DNA of 64,000 nucleotides from Verrucomicrobiota bacterium (lineage in GTDB: Bacteria; Verrucomicrobiota; Verrucomicrobiia; Limisphaerales; AAA164-E04). Below the pieces are notes generated by a model, which was given only the letters and a program-made list of their open reading frames with translations, was not told the DNA's origin and did no database searches. Location of the stretch: positions 1,216,001 through 1,280,000 of the forward strand of contig CP170459.1 of assembly GCA_047947115.1 (NCBI GenBank), in the 5' to 3' direction. This document shows positions 39,127 to 49,217 of this stretch, piece by piece. The number at the start of each line of letters is the position of its first letter. Positions within the stretch are counted from its first letter, which is position 1. A program made the translations under genes and the position numbers.

Positions 39127-40335
39127 AACAAAACACATCCATTGCCAAACAGGTAATGGCAAGCCGAATCAGCATCGATCCCCCCATGTATGATGTGACA
39201 GCTTGGGATATTTGTGAGCGCATCGTTAAAGAATCATCTATTCCTATCAAACTACGGATGACGGATTCTGGTGTGTTGTTTTGTTACGATTCTTCTGCAT
39301 ACCAGATCAAGTTTGAGGCGCGGACTTATAGGTTGCCCAACGCTGAGCAATTGATTCATCGTGCAAAGGATATACTTCAAGTTCAGGGTGATGAGGAATG
39401 GGATGCATTTGAAAGCTTGAGAAAAATATTCAAAGCGGCGGGTCTTTCTTTGTTGGATCAACCGGACACGCTAACCAAGGAAGAAGAGCAATCGATCCAA
39501 TCCTTGTTTTACCCACTTTCCAAACCACCATCTGATCCTTTGCCTGATGATTCAAAACCAGATGGAAGAGCTGTTTTTTATAAACCTAATCCTGGATTGC
39601 TTTACGTACGCGCTCCCGTAAGTGAATTGACCCTGGTTGATAAAATTGTTGAAACGTTGGTTTATTCTGTTCCTGCCAGTGTTCAAATTGTAATCGAAAT
39701 GAAAGCTGGATTTTTGACTCGGTCGGTTCCATAGGATTCAACACGACATATTTTGTTGCGTCCATTGGACAAGGAAACTGGCAAAGAGGAATCAGTTTCC
39801 ATGTTTTCCAATCAACAATTCCATCTTTCACTCGATGAAGCGGATTCTTATTGGGAGACCATACAGGGTATCAAAGGAGTGGAATTGGTTCCGTCCCGAT
39901 CCGTCACAACGCTCAGTCACAGGCCCGTTACCTGGTTTGTTCCACTTGAAAAAGAAGACAATCTTGCTCCTCAGTTTTTTGCTTCAGGTCCTGCCGATAT
40001 GAAGGTGGAAGTTCATCCGGCAATCAATCAAAAAGCTGAGTCGAAACTGGAGATGGTTGTTGGACTCAATGCCATTTTACCAGGACTAACTCGGCAGGGT
40101 CAATTTGTGATGTTTCCTGACGGAACCCAATTCCCAGAACTCAACGGAGGAGGCATTATACCAAAGGGGAAGACGCTTTTGGTTCATTATTCCCGCAGCA
40201 AAAGAAAGGGATTACCATGGAAAGAAAGCGACGAAGAGTGGCTCCAGGAGTTTGTTGTCATGGTCACCCCAACGCTGATTGATCCAGCTGGGAACCGAAT
40301 CGATTGATGAGCAGGCATAGGTGAGCCGATGGCTC

Positions 40336-40539
40336 TTTGGAGTGCTCCGAGATATCGGAGCTCTGGATCTGGTTCGCATGTCAAAATAAGGTGCTGATAC
40401 CAAGGCGCAAAATTTAAGCCCCATAAGGATTCGCATGATTCAGGGTTTTAGCTCGGTTGGGGGGGAAGATTTTATGAAATGTGGTTGCAACGGCGTTTCC
40501 CTGAGGTATCCAGAGCGGTGATGCTCACCGCACTCCAGA
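40336..40539. repeat. REP doublet (TTGGAGTGC family), right copy
   Basis: TTTGGAGTGCTCCGAGATATCGGAGCTCTGGAT ... TTCCCTGAGGTATCCAGAGCGGTGATGCTCACCGCACTCCAGA; same orientation as 35589-35772. Confidence 0.8.
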
Positions 40540-40658
40540 TGGCGTTCACTTGGTCTAGATCGGTTGGAAAAATGGGGAGCGCATGGGATTTAGGGTGTCG
40601 CAATGTCCTTGGGTTTTCCTTTGGGTGGTGAGTCCAAGTTTATGGAAGTTATGAGGGT

Positions 40659-40685
40659 GGCGCGTCGGGGACGACACTCCCTACC
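40659..40685. repeat. REP-like palindrome with CCCTACC tail
   Basis: GGCGCGTCGGGGACGACACTCCCTACC. Confidence 0.5.
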
Positions 40686-40690
40686 TGCAC

Positions 40691-40724
40691 AAAAAACCCG
40701 GGCGCTGGTTGCAGCGCCCGGGTT
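40691..40724 (-). terminator. Rho-independent terminator of the 2248-aa gene
   Basis: Minus strand AACCCGGGCGCTG-CAAC-CAGCGCCCGGGTTTTTT. Confidence 0.85.
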
Positions 40725-40750
40725 GGTTGCTTGGTTGAGGGGGGTAAGTG

Positions 40751-43700
40751 TTAGGGTTCGACGGTGCGAACGCGGTAGAATCCGGCACCGCTGGAGATGT
40801 CCAGATCAAACGTGAGAGCTGTTTCGTTACCGGTTGCTTTCAGTTCGCTGACCAGTTCCCAGTCCACGAAGTTAGTTGTGACTTCGAGCAGGTAGACCAC
40901 GCCTTCGGTGCCGAACAACGAGAGGGTCGAGCCCTGGATGCCCAGTTTACCGGGTTCAGCCTTGGGAGCGGGTTGGGTCACTTGGATACTCCAGGTGGCC
41001 GCAATGTCTGCGCTTTCATTGCCGGCTGCATCTTTGGCGGCACCGGCCGTGACTCCAAGGCTGATCGTGCCTTCTCCTTCGAATCCGGAGAGGGTGATCA
41101 CTGCTTCGGTGTCCGAGGTTTTCTCTAGGTCAACACCCGCTTTCAAGCTTTCACCGGTCAACACGAGTTGAATGTGGCCTGCGTTGAGATCCGAGAACGT
41201 GCCGCCCTGGACGGTCAACGGTATGCTGATCATTTCTCCCTGGGTTGCCAGGCTGGAGGGATCACCGATTGCCACGGTGGGTCCGGTTTGATCGATCGTT
41301 GCCAAGGGGCTTAACAATGCGGTTTGATCCACATTGCCAGCCTGGTCCGATGCGCTGCCTGCGCTGACTTCGACCTGGAGGGTTCCGTCACCCTGGATGT
41401 TGTTCACCACAATCTGACGTTGGTTTGTGTTGCCTGGAACCGTTTGGACCGAAGCACTGGCCTGGGTGTTTCCAGTGGTGATCAGTCGAATGTGATCATT
41501 GTTCAAGTTGATGTTTTCCGCGCCGTGGTATTGCACGCCATAGATCAACATTCCACCGTTCACATTGACTTCCTGCACATTGAAGAAGGCAACGGTTGGC
41601 GCGGTTTGGTCGATACGGATCCATTCGCTGGAACCGCCCTGATTCTCGTGAATACCAGTCCGGCTGAGTGCTCTGCCGGGGGCTACGTTGACACGGATGG
41701 CTCCATTGCCCTGGATGTTGAAGAGGCGCACCCGGCGTGTGTTCGCGTCAACTTCTAGTAATTCGAACTCAGCGGTCACAGCACCGTCGTATTGAAGGGC
41801 GATGTATTCTTTTCGCAGAACAATCAGGTAAGCGCCATCGTAACGAACGTCTACCAAGGCTTCCGAACCGTTGGTCAATGTTGTGAGTGTGCTGACCGAC
41901 ATGACCGGTGCGCTGTTGTCAATCTGGATGGAACGGCTTTCACCCCCGGAATCAGTAATGCCGAGTTGGTTTTGACCACTTCCGGATTTCACACGCACTG
42001 CGAGGGTGCCTGTTCCGCTGATGCCACTGATAATGATGCGTGGTGTGCTCGAGTTGCCGTCCTCCACAGAAACTGTTCCTGTGGCGGAGCCCGTTTGGAT
42101 CAGCTCCACATCATCCGGACTGAGGGCGACTTTGCTGACTCCCTGATAGGAGAGGGGAATGGTCACCGGTCCCTCCCGAGTCGCGATGGTTGACGGGATT
42201 CCAACGGACAAATTGGGAGCTTCACCCAGAATTTCAAATCCAGCAGAAACGGCTCCTTGATCATTGTTGCCAAGTAAGTCCTGAGCGGAACCCCCGGCTA
42301 TCCGGATATATGGATTCCACATGCCAGTGATGTTGCTCAGTGTCACGGTTGGATTACGCGTCGTGGCATTGGTGATCTGGATGTCGGCTTTGACATTCAG
42401 GCCGCCTTCGACCGTAACCTGACTGGCTTTCAAGTTGACCGCAAAGGCATCGTTGGCATAGGTCACCGGGAAGGAAACCGGGCCATTCAATGTGACCGAA
42501 GCGGATGGGTTGCCGATACTGATGGCGGGGCCGGTGTTGTCCACGGTGAAAGTGGAACTTGTCACACCTGCATCACCATTGCCCAGAGCATCCAAACCAC
42601 GCCCGGCTGCGACCTGTATGGCGAGCGTGCCGTCTCCGGTGATGTTGCTGACCGTTACTTTTGGTGTAGCCGTGGTGCCGCCTGTCATGGTGACCCTTCC
42701 TGTAGCTGTGCCGGTCTTGACCAGTGTGATGTCGGACAGTCTTACGTCGACAGAAGCAGCACCGGCGTATTGCAGATCCACTGTCACAGGACCGTTTCGG
42801 GTTTGTGTGACCGAGGGGTTCGAGCTGGTCACGTTCACCTGTGTGGCCACATCGTTGTCGACGATGGTGGCTGTGAAGGTGTTTTGAGCCCCTAAAACGG
42901 CACCGGGGGCGCTTCCTGCACCAATGGCCAGGGTGAGCTGGAATGTTTCATTCGGCTCGGCCAAGACCAGGTCATCAATGACTGGGAGCAGCACGACTTT
43001 TTTGGAAGTCCCGGCGGGGAAGGTTACCTGCATGGCCGCGTTGTTGAAGTCGCTGCCCGCGGTGGCTCCCTGCAGTGCTGCTACCGAGATGTCGAGCACC
43101 ACCTGGCCGCCGAGACCCTGCGTCCGTTCTATGACTACTTGACGGCTTGCTTCGTCTCCCTCGATCACATTGCCTTGTGCTGTGGCGAAGGCGAATGTGC
43201 CGGACGCATCGTTGTCGAGGATGTTCACCGTGGCGGTGGTTTGAGCCCCGAATTGCGCGTTAGCGGGTGAGCCGGGTTTCAGCGTGAGCTGCAGGTTCAT
43301 GGTTTCGTCCCCTTCAACTGCGGCATCATCCTGAATGATGTTGGCCAGGGAAACCGTCTTGTAGATTTCCGTGTCTGCGAAGGTGACTTCCACGGTATTG
43401 GCCAGGAAGTCTCCATTGGCCGTGGTGGCGGTTCCATCGGTCGGGGTGACAATCAAGGTCACGGTTTGTTGATTGCCGTCTTCACGTTTGATCGTGATGG
43501 AATCAACGCTGATCTTTTGCGCGCCCCCTGATGCGACGGGACCTTCATACTGATTGTAGGTCGCCTTGCTGAAGGAGAACGTTCCGATGCGGTTCTCATT
43601 GGCGAAGACGTCACCCACAGGGGCCTGGTTCACGGCATTCTCCAATCCGTTGCCGGAGTAGGTTGCCTGGAGTTCGTCCGCATCCACTTTGCCGCTTTGC

Positions 43701-46700
43701 ACATTGGCCAGGTCGTCGGTCAATTGGGACTGGGTCACCAACTGTGTCTTGGCGATCTGTTTCACTGCATCGGCCGGATTGTTGCTGTCGGCTGCCTTCT
43801 GTTTCAATTGATTACTGTTTGCAACCGAGTTGGCCCATGCATCGACCACGGTGGCGTCCACTGCGATGTTCAGGCTTTGTTGAAGTGATGCGATCATTGT
43901 CTTCAGAAAATCCGCATCCGTCAGGGTGACGGGTTGATTCAACATCAGACGATTGGCGATATAGCGGTAACCGGCTGCCTGAATAGTGCCCAGTTGATTG
44001 CCTCCACCTGCGGTGTTCAGAATGCGCGTCATGGTGAAGACCGTGTCCTGCACCATGGCGGCTGCCGCAAACACCTGACCGGATGCGCCATCGCCTTGCG
44101 CGGCTGATGCAATCGGATCGTAGGTGTTGATGTTTACGCTGCCTGACAGGTTCAATCCTTGCTTGATGCTGGTTTGTGCCTGGGCGAATGTGAAGGTCGG
44201 GTTGAGGTCCACGATGGCCACGATCAGTGATGAGAGGGGCGTTGCGAGGCTTGCTCCGACCGGTGCCAGGAATTGTCCTTCAAAGGCGAGACCGGTCGAG
44301 ATATCCACACCACCCTGCATGATCAGCACACCTTCCGATGGGTCCAGCACGTTGTTGTTGTTATCGTCATACTGAGACAGATCAATGGCCAGTTGGAAGG
44401 CGCCCTGATTATTGGTGAAGGTGGAAGGTTCACCGTTGTCGTGTTGACCGTTGCGATTCTCATCGAAGAATACCAGCGCTCCGGAGATGTAACCATCCTG
44501 CAACTTGCCGCCCAGAGCAAACAACTTGTTGGTCAGGTCCACATTGTCAGGATCATTGGCATTTGATTTGTCCGCGAAGGTCAAGTCGGTGATGGCCAGT
44601 GATTGGGTCCCGCCTGTGTCCGTGTTGTTCGCGGCGTCCTTTGCGCCTCCGGGTGCAATGGTTAGCACCAGGTCTCCGGTCACGCCACTTGGGAAGGATT
44701 CCAATCGGACAGATGGGTTCAGCGAATCGCCTCCATTGACCGCCAGGGTTCCCAAGTTTGTATTTCCGACCACAGCTGTGATCATTCCTGGGAGCAAATT
44801 CACTTCGGTGGCGCCCTGATATTCCAAGGGCCATTGGATGGCTCGGCTTGCCACGTCGATGTCAGGAACACCGATGGTCAGTGCCGGTGGTGTGTTGTCG
44901 ACGGCCACCGTTGGACTGGTACCTGCCGGGGCCGAGTTTCCTGCTGCATCAAATGCGACATCCGTTGGAATTTCGATGGCCAAGGTGCCGTCTCCACCGG
45001 TGATGGTGATTTCGACAGCATGATCGGTTCCATTAATGTTCAATACCAGTGTTGGATCGAAGGTGACCGAACCGGAAGCCAGCACTTTGATATCATCCAG
45101 ATCCAGCAACACAGCCGATACATTTTCAAACGCAACCGGGAATGATGCCACACCTTTGTTGAGCAGGTTCGGTGTAGGATTGCCGAATACAAGCTGCGGG
45201 TTTGGATTGTTCTGTGGATCGTTTGGATCACCTGGATTTCCCGGGTTATTGGGGTTGTTGGGATCATCCGGAATTTCCGGATCGAGTTCGGGATTTGCTT
45301 CCGAAGCAACGTAGATGACGTCATCGATGGAGAAGATATCACGTTCGCCTGCGGGTTCTCCGTCATAAAGTTCATTGAAAGTGACCCGTTTGATCCAGCA
45401 TGTGGAGTCCTGAAGATCGGGTGCCAGGTAGCCCAGGAACTGCGTGCCACCATCATTCAATGGTCCAGGTACGATGTCCGCCGGGCGGACCTGCATGCTT
45501 CCGTCTGCATGAAGGATTGTCACTTCAATGTCGCGTTTGTTCTCTTCCACGCCCATGACATACATGCCGACTGCAGGAACTGCTTTGTCGAACTCAATGG
45601 CCAGCCCACCGGGTAGGTTTTCGCTGGGCAGCGCTTCCAGGAAATGAAAACCGCCCGGTGTTGTGTTGATACCACGGTCCGAATCGTTGGAACCGTCCAT
45701 GTCCCCGATACCCGGTTCATCGATGCCCGCTGCGTGACCGTTGTTGAAGAGTGTGAATCTCACGGTGTTGTCCGCTCCGTTGTAGGAAACACTGCCAACT
45801 GCATCGCCCGTGGCCATCTCTCCGGATGTTCCGAAGGCGGCTGATGTGTAGGGGCCTCCCGCGTAGGGAGCGCCACTACCTGCGAACAAGTCGCCGGTTC
45901 CATTGACAGGGCTCCATCCGTTGGATCCTTCAAAGGTGATGATGTCAGTGCTGATCCCGAGTGAGGCGAGGTCTGCCAGAAAGTTTGCCTGTTCCGTGGC
46001 TGAGTTTGGATAAGTCCATCCGGCTGCAACCGGATCAGGTTCGCCCCCACCGGGCAAACCGTTGTCGTGTGCGATGTAATCATCGATGGGGCAGTTTGAG
46101 GGTGGCATCTGTTCATCATATTCGCAGATGTGATCGATCCAAAGTTCCTGACCACCTATGATGAATTGGGTGATCGGCGCACCGGTCATGCGCAGTTCGC
46201 CGGTGTCATTGCCCAGGCCCCCGGTCGGAACCGAAAGCATGGCGCCCCCGAGTGTCAGGCCGTCCAGATCGATGAAGTTGGCGACGTTGGCCGCGACGCC
46301 GTTGACGGACAAATTGATGTTGCCTCCGTACTCACCAAACATCACGGAAAGACCCATAGGGGAGGCTCCGGTGGGTGTGAATTCAAGGTTGATGTTGTTG
46401 ACTTCCATTTCATGGCCATAGTAGCCGGCCAGTCCGCCGTTCTCGACTTCCGCAAATCCGCCACTGAAGGCGGATCCGCTGGAAAAGAAAAAGTCGGAGG
46501 CGACAACATCAAAACCGAAACTCCCATCGGCGCTATGAACGGTGAAGGTATCTCCGACATTGTATACACTGCCCAGCGTCAGGTCCTGGAATTCGACGCA
46601 CCCGCTGCAGCAAGCCAGTTCGGGGGCGATGTGCTGGATGCCGATGTTGTCGACGTGAAAGCCGTTGTTGTCCGAGGGGCTTTCGAGATAGACCGTGTCA

Positions 46701-47497
46701 AAGGTGACAATAGGTGCAGCCGAGCTATCCACCGCTTTGCCAATCAGGGTCGGGGGAAATCCATGGTAAAGGCAAACCTCAACCGCTGTGCCGGTGTTTG
46801 AAACACAGATAACGGCGGCGTGGTCGCTCGTGACGCCATCGTCAAAGGGTTTGGGCCAGTTGGCCATCATGCCGTCCGGTTGGAACATGGTCACAATGTC
46901 TCCCGTCTCTGGAACGGCAGGCGGTGTGAAAGCGACAGGGGAAACCTGATTGTCCAGCAGGGGACCCAGATCGAAATCATCCCAGACATTGTCTTCGCGA
47001 CGAATGGAATAATCCCCGCTCTTGGCTCCGGAGCCTTGTTGCCAGTAGCTGACGTCGGCAAGGTAGCCGATATCGTCGGTGAATGTGGCGGTTCCGAAAG
47101 TTTGGTAAGCACCGAAGCGCAGGAAGTTGTATTGTTGGATACCAGGGCTCGTCGGTGTGGCGACATATTTGTAATCCACTTTCACCCTCAACGTTTCCCC
47201 GGGTGCCAGCGTGGTAGAGGGGAATTCGATTTTGATGTTGGTTTGATCCTGTGTGCTTTCGTAAACGTTTTCGGGCGCTGCCGGATCCAATACCGAGTCT
47301 GTCACCACGGTCCAGTCCGCGATGGTCGAGTGTACGATGTTTGGATTGGATGACTGTGTTCCGACGGTATCCAAGTCAAAATCGACCACCGGAATGACGA
47401 GTTGTGCCATGGCGGGGACACAAGCGGCGATACTGCAAGCGGTCAGGGCGAGGTCTTTCCACCATGACCGGTACTTACGACATATTAGTTTTTTCAT
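40751..47497 (-). CDS. Giant secreted/surface protein with Calx-beta and Ig-like repeats (2248 aa)
   Basis: Signal peptide; Asn/Pro linker; DGYISGALVFFDENRNG motif; two Calx-beta units (EGDETMNLQL..TATVNILDND, EPNETFQLTL..TATIVDND); repeated ..GDGTL.I..D.AGN..DNT.P modules; C-terminal W..FYRV. Confidence 0.85.
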   Translation of the reverse strand: MKKLICRKYRSWWKDLALTACSIAACVPAMAQLVIPVVDFDLDTVGTQSSNPNIVHSTIADWTVVTDSVLDPAAPENVYESTQDQTNIKIEFPSTTLAPGETLRVKVDYKYVATPTSPGIQQYNFLRFGAYQTFGTATFTDDIGYLADVSYWQQGSGAKSGDYSIRREDNVWDDFDLGPLLDNQVSPVAFTPPAVPETGDIVTMFQPDGMMANWPKPFDDGVTSDHAAVICVSNTGTAVEVCLYHGFPPTLIGKAVDSSAAPIVTFDTVYLESPSDNNGFHVDNIGIQHIAPELACCSGCVEFQDLTLGSVYNVGDTFTVHSADGSFGFDVVASDFFFSSGSAFSGGFAEVENGGLAGYYGHEMEVNNINLEFTPTGASPMGLSVMFGEYGGNINLSVNGVAANVANFIDLDGLTLGGAMLSVPTGGLGNDTGELRMTGAPITQFIIGGQELWIDHICEYDEQMPPSNCPIDDYIAHDNGLPGGGEPDPVAAGWTYPNSATEQANFLADLASLGISTDIITFEGSNGWSPVNGTGDLFAGSGAPYAGGPYTSAAFGTSGEMATGDAVGSVSYNGADNTVRFTLFNNGHAAGIDEPGIGDMDGSNDSDRGINTTPGGFHFLEALPSENLPGGLAIEFDKAVPAVGMYVMGVEENKRDIEVTILHADGSMQVRPADIVPGPLNDGGTQFLGYLAPDLQDSTCWIKRVTFNELYDGEPAGERDIFSIDDVIYVASEANPELDPEIPDDPNNPNNPGNPGDPNDPQNNPNPQLVFGNPTPNLLNKGVASFPVAFENVSAVLLDLDDIKVLASGSVTFDPTLVLNINGTDHAVEITITGGDGTLAIEIPTDVAFDAAGNSAPAGTSPTVAVDNTPPALTIGVPDIDVASRAIQWPLEYQGATEVNLLPGMITAVVGNTNLGTLAVNGGDSLNPSVRLESFPSGVTGDLVLTIAPGGAKDAANNTDTGGTQSLAITDLTFADKSNANDPDNVDLTNKLFALGGKLQDGYISGALVFFDENRNGQHDNGEPSTFTNNQGAFQLAIDLSQYDDNNNNVLDPSEGVLIMQGGVDISTGLAFEGQFLAPVGASLATPLSSLIVAIVDLNPTFTFAQAQTSIKQGLNLSGSVNINTYDPIASAAQGDGASGQVFAAAAMVQDTVFTMTRILNTAGGGNQLGTIQAAGYRYIANRLMLNQPVTLTDADFLKTMIASLQQSLNIAVDATVVDAWANSVANSNQLKQKAADSNNPADAVKQIAKTQLVTQSQLTDDLANVQSGKVDADELQATYSGNGLENAVNQAPVGDVFANENRIGTFSFSKATYNQYEGPVASGGAQKISVDSITIKREDGNQQTVTLIVTPTDGTATTANGDFLANTVEVTFADTEIYKTVSLANIIQDDAAVEGDETMNLQLTLKPGSPANAQFGAQTTATVNILDNDASGTFAFATAQGNVIEGDEASRQVVIERTQGLGGQVVLDISVAALQGATAGSDFNNAAMQVTFPAGTSKKVVLLPVIDDLVLAEPNETFQLTLAIGAGSAPGAVLGAQNTFTATIVDNDVATQVNVTSSNPSVTQTRNGPVTVDLQYAGAASVDVRLSDITLVKTGTATGRVTMTGGTTATPKVTVSNITGDGTLAIQVAAGRGLDALGNGDAGVTSSTFTVDNTGPAISIGNPSASVTLNGPVSFPVTYANDAFAVNLKASQVTVEGGLNVKADIQITNATTRNPTVTLSNITGMWNPYIRIAGGSAQDLLGNNDQGAVSAGFEILGEAPNLSVGIPSTIATREGPVTIPLSYQGVSKVALSPDDVELIQTGSATGTVSVEDGNSSTPRIIISGISGTGTLAVRVKSGSGQNQLGITDSGGESRSIQIDNSAPVMSVSTLTTLTNGSEALVDVRYDGAYLIVLRKEYIALQYDGAVTAEFELLEVDANTRRVRLFNIQGNGAIRVNVAPGRALSRTGIHENQGGSSEWIRIDQTAPTVAFFNVQEVNVNGGMLIYGVQYHGAENINLNNDHIRLITTGNTQASASVQTVPGNTNQRQIVVNNIQGDGTLQVEVSAGSASDQAGNVDQTALLSPLATIDQTGPTVAIGDPSSLATQGEMISIPLTVQGGTFSDLNAGHIQLVLTGESLKAGVDLEKTSDTEAVITLSGFEGEGTISLGVTAGAAKDAAGNESADIAATWSIQVTQPAPKAEPGKLGIQGSTLSLFGTEGVVYLLEVTTNFVDWELVSELKATGNETALTFDLDISSGAGFYRVRTVEP

Positions 47498-47844
47498 TAT
47501 TTTGAGTGATTATAGGCTTCTCTGGTTATCGTTCATTACTCCTGTGTTGGTTCGGTGGCACTTTCGCACCGCCTGACAGTCATGATGCATGCGGAGTGCC
47601 ATTCTCATCTTTGAGAGTGAACAACTTATTATCAAAAGTATTTAAGTCTGGATGCTCCTCTTCGGGGCTTGCAAAACGTGACTATTACAATCATCGGCTT
47701 CAGGCCGGGAAAGATTTAGCAGTAATTACTTAAACCTGTTGAATTTGAATGTGTAACATGGCATTTCAACAGACAGCCAATAGGAAGCTGGGAATAAATG
47801 ATTGCCAATGTTCTCTCATGCTCCACAGTGATTTGGCGGTGATT

Positions 47845-49152
47845 ATGAACAGGCGATTAACCATTTTGATACTGCTTTGTGTGGGGTTGGGGGTGTTCGC
47901 ATTTTTGGGAGGAAGTGGTGTTTCCCGACTGTTGACGCTTCAGTTGTTGATCAGGCAGGAAGCTCCTTCCGAGGAGGCACTTTTTGACATTATATCTTCG
48001 ACGGCGGAGCCGGATGCATACCTGCAATCATTGTGGGATACGGGAAAAATTCCGCATCGACATCTGACCATCAAATTGATTCATCAACGTCTCTTTAGCC
48101 ATCCTGAGGATTTATCCATATATGGCCGATTGATTCAGGAAGCGGTTGCCGATGCCGATTTTGCCAATCGGGAACTGGCGATGGGCATTTTGGATGTCAA
48201 GGATCCGAAAAAGTTGCGTGACGTGGTGCCGCGCAGCCTCAGGGACTCCGACCAAGGGACGCGTCTAAGGGCACTGCAGTATGTCAAAGTAACTGAGGAT
48301 GCGCGATGGATTCCTGAATTCATGCGACTGTTGGATGATCCCGACGAGATGATCGTGGCTCATGCAGCCTCCAAATTGCGGCAATGGACCGGGGAGGATT
48401 TTGGTATCCGAATGATGCACGCCATCACACGACTTCCTCAAACCAATCAACCGGCGAGTTTGAATAACGAACAGGAGATTGCGTTTTCCAAGGGGATTGC
48501 CGGGTGGAAGCAATGGTGGCATTCGGGTAAACATGACTATCCGGTGTCAAACCAATGGGAGAGTGACACCGAACCGTATGTCACACCTGCCCTGCCGGTG
48601 GAGGATTTCGAGGTGGGTATGCTTGACGGTAGCACGAAGCGCTTGTCCGATTTCCGGGGCAAGGCTGTTCTCCTGAATTTTTGGACTACCTGGTGCAGTG
48701 CCTGCATGACCGAGATGCCGGATTTGAATCAGTTGCACGATTTATATCCCGATAACCTCAAGGTGATCGGCATTTCGCTGGACGGTGGCGAAGATCATGG
48801 TCATGAGCATGCATCGGTTGTGGACATTGAGGAGGCACGTGAAGCTGGTTTGGAGGCTGTAGAGTCCGAGTATGGTTTGCACGACCACTCGCATCAGGAG
48901 CATGCGCATGATGACGAGAAGATCAAAAAGAAAATCGAGCGTGTCGTTCGCAAAAAGGATTTGAAATACCTGATCGGCATGGATTCTGGATTTGAAATCG
49001 GCAATCGCTTTAATGGCCAGGAGTTGCCCACCAACGTCCTCATTGATCCCCAGGGAAAATTACGCCGCCGCTTTGTCGGAGCGCGTCCTTTGCACTCATG
49101 GAAAGCCATGCTGAAGGACATCGGTGTTCCCGAACCTCCGTATTCCAACTAA
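47845..49152 (+). CDS. Membrane-anchored HEAT-repeat + TlpA/redoxin protein
   Basis: N-terminal TM; HEAT-like repeats; LSDFRGKAVLLNFWTTWCSACMTEMP; LPTNVLID; His-rich insert. Confidence 0.8.
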   Translation: MNRRLTILILLCVGLGVFAFLGGSGVSRLLTLQLLIRQEAPSEEALFDIISSTAEPDAYLQSLWDTGKIPHRHLTIKLIHQRLFSHPEDLSIYGRLIQEAVADADFANRELAMGILDVKDPKKLRDVVPRSLRDSDQGTRLRALQYVKVTEDARWIPEFMRLLDDPDEMIVAHAASKLRQWTGEDFGIRMMHAITRLPQTNQPASLNNEQEIAFSKGIAGWKQWWHSGKHDYPVSNQWESDTEPYVTPALPVEDFEVGMLDGSTKRLSDFRGKAVLLNFWTTWCSACMTEMPDLNQLHDLYPDNLKVIGISLDGGEDHGHEHASVVDIEEAREAGLEAVESEYGLHDHSHQEHAHDDEKIKKKIERVVRKKDLKYLIGMDSGFEIGNRFNGQELPTNVLIDPQGKLRRRFVGARPLHSWKAMLKDIGVPEPPYSN

Positions 49153-49217
49153 GCTCTTTCCGGAACTCCTGAAGAGAAAGCATTGTCCTTGCCCGACTTA
49201 ATGATGCATGGCTTGAT

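Larger units (their letters stand above)
36252..40307 (+). pseudogene. BlaR1-like M56 metallopeptidase with C-terminal secretin-like region, disrupted by an IS and an in-frame TAG (39732-39734)
   Basis: HELEHLSRRD, HWFNPLVW, DREFAVD. Removing the IS plus one TSD joins ..IINKQN to TSIAKQVMASR in frame; 39753..40307 is in the same frame after TAG and ends VMVTPTLIDPAGNRID. Confidence 0.8.

Noticed and set aside
40748..47576. Many plus-strand ORFs opposite the 2248-aa gene
   Set aside because: Codon-bias shadows of a long gene
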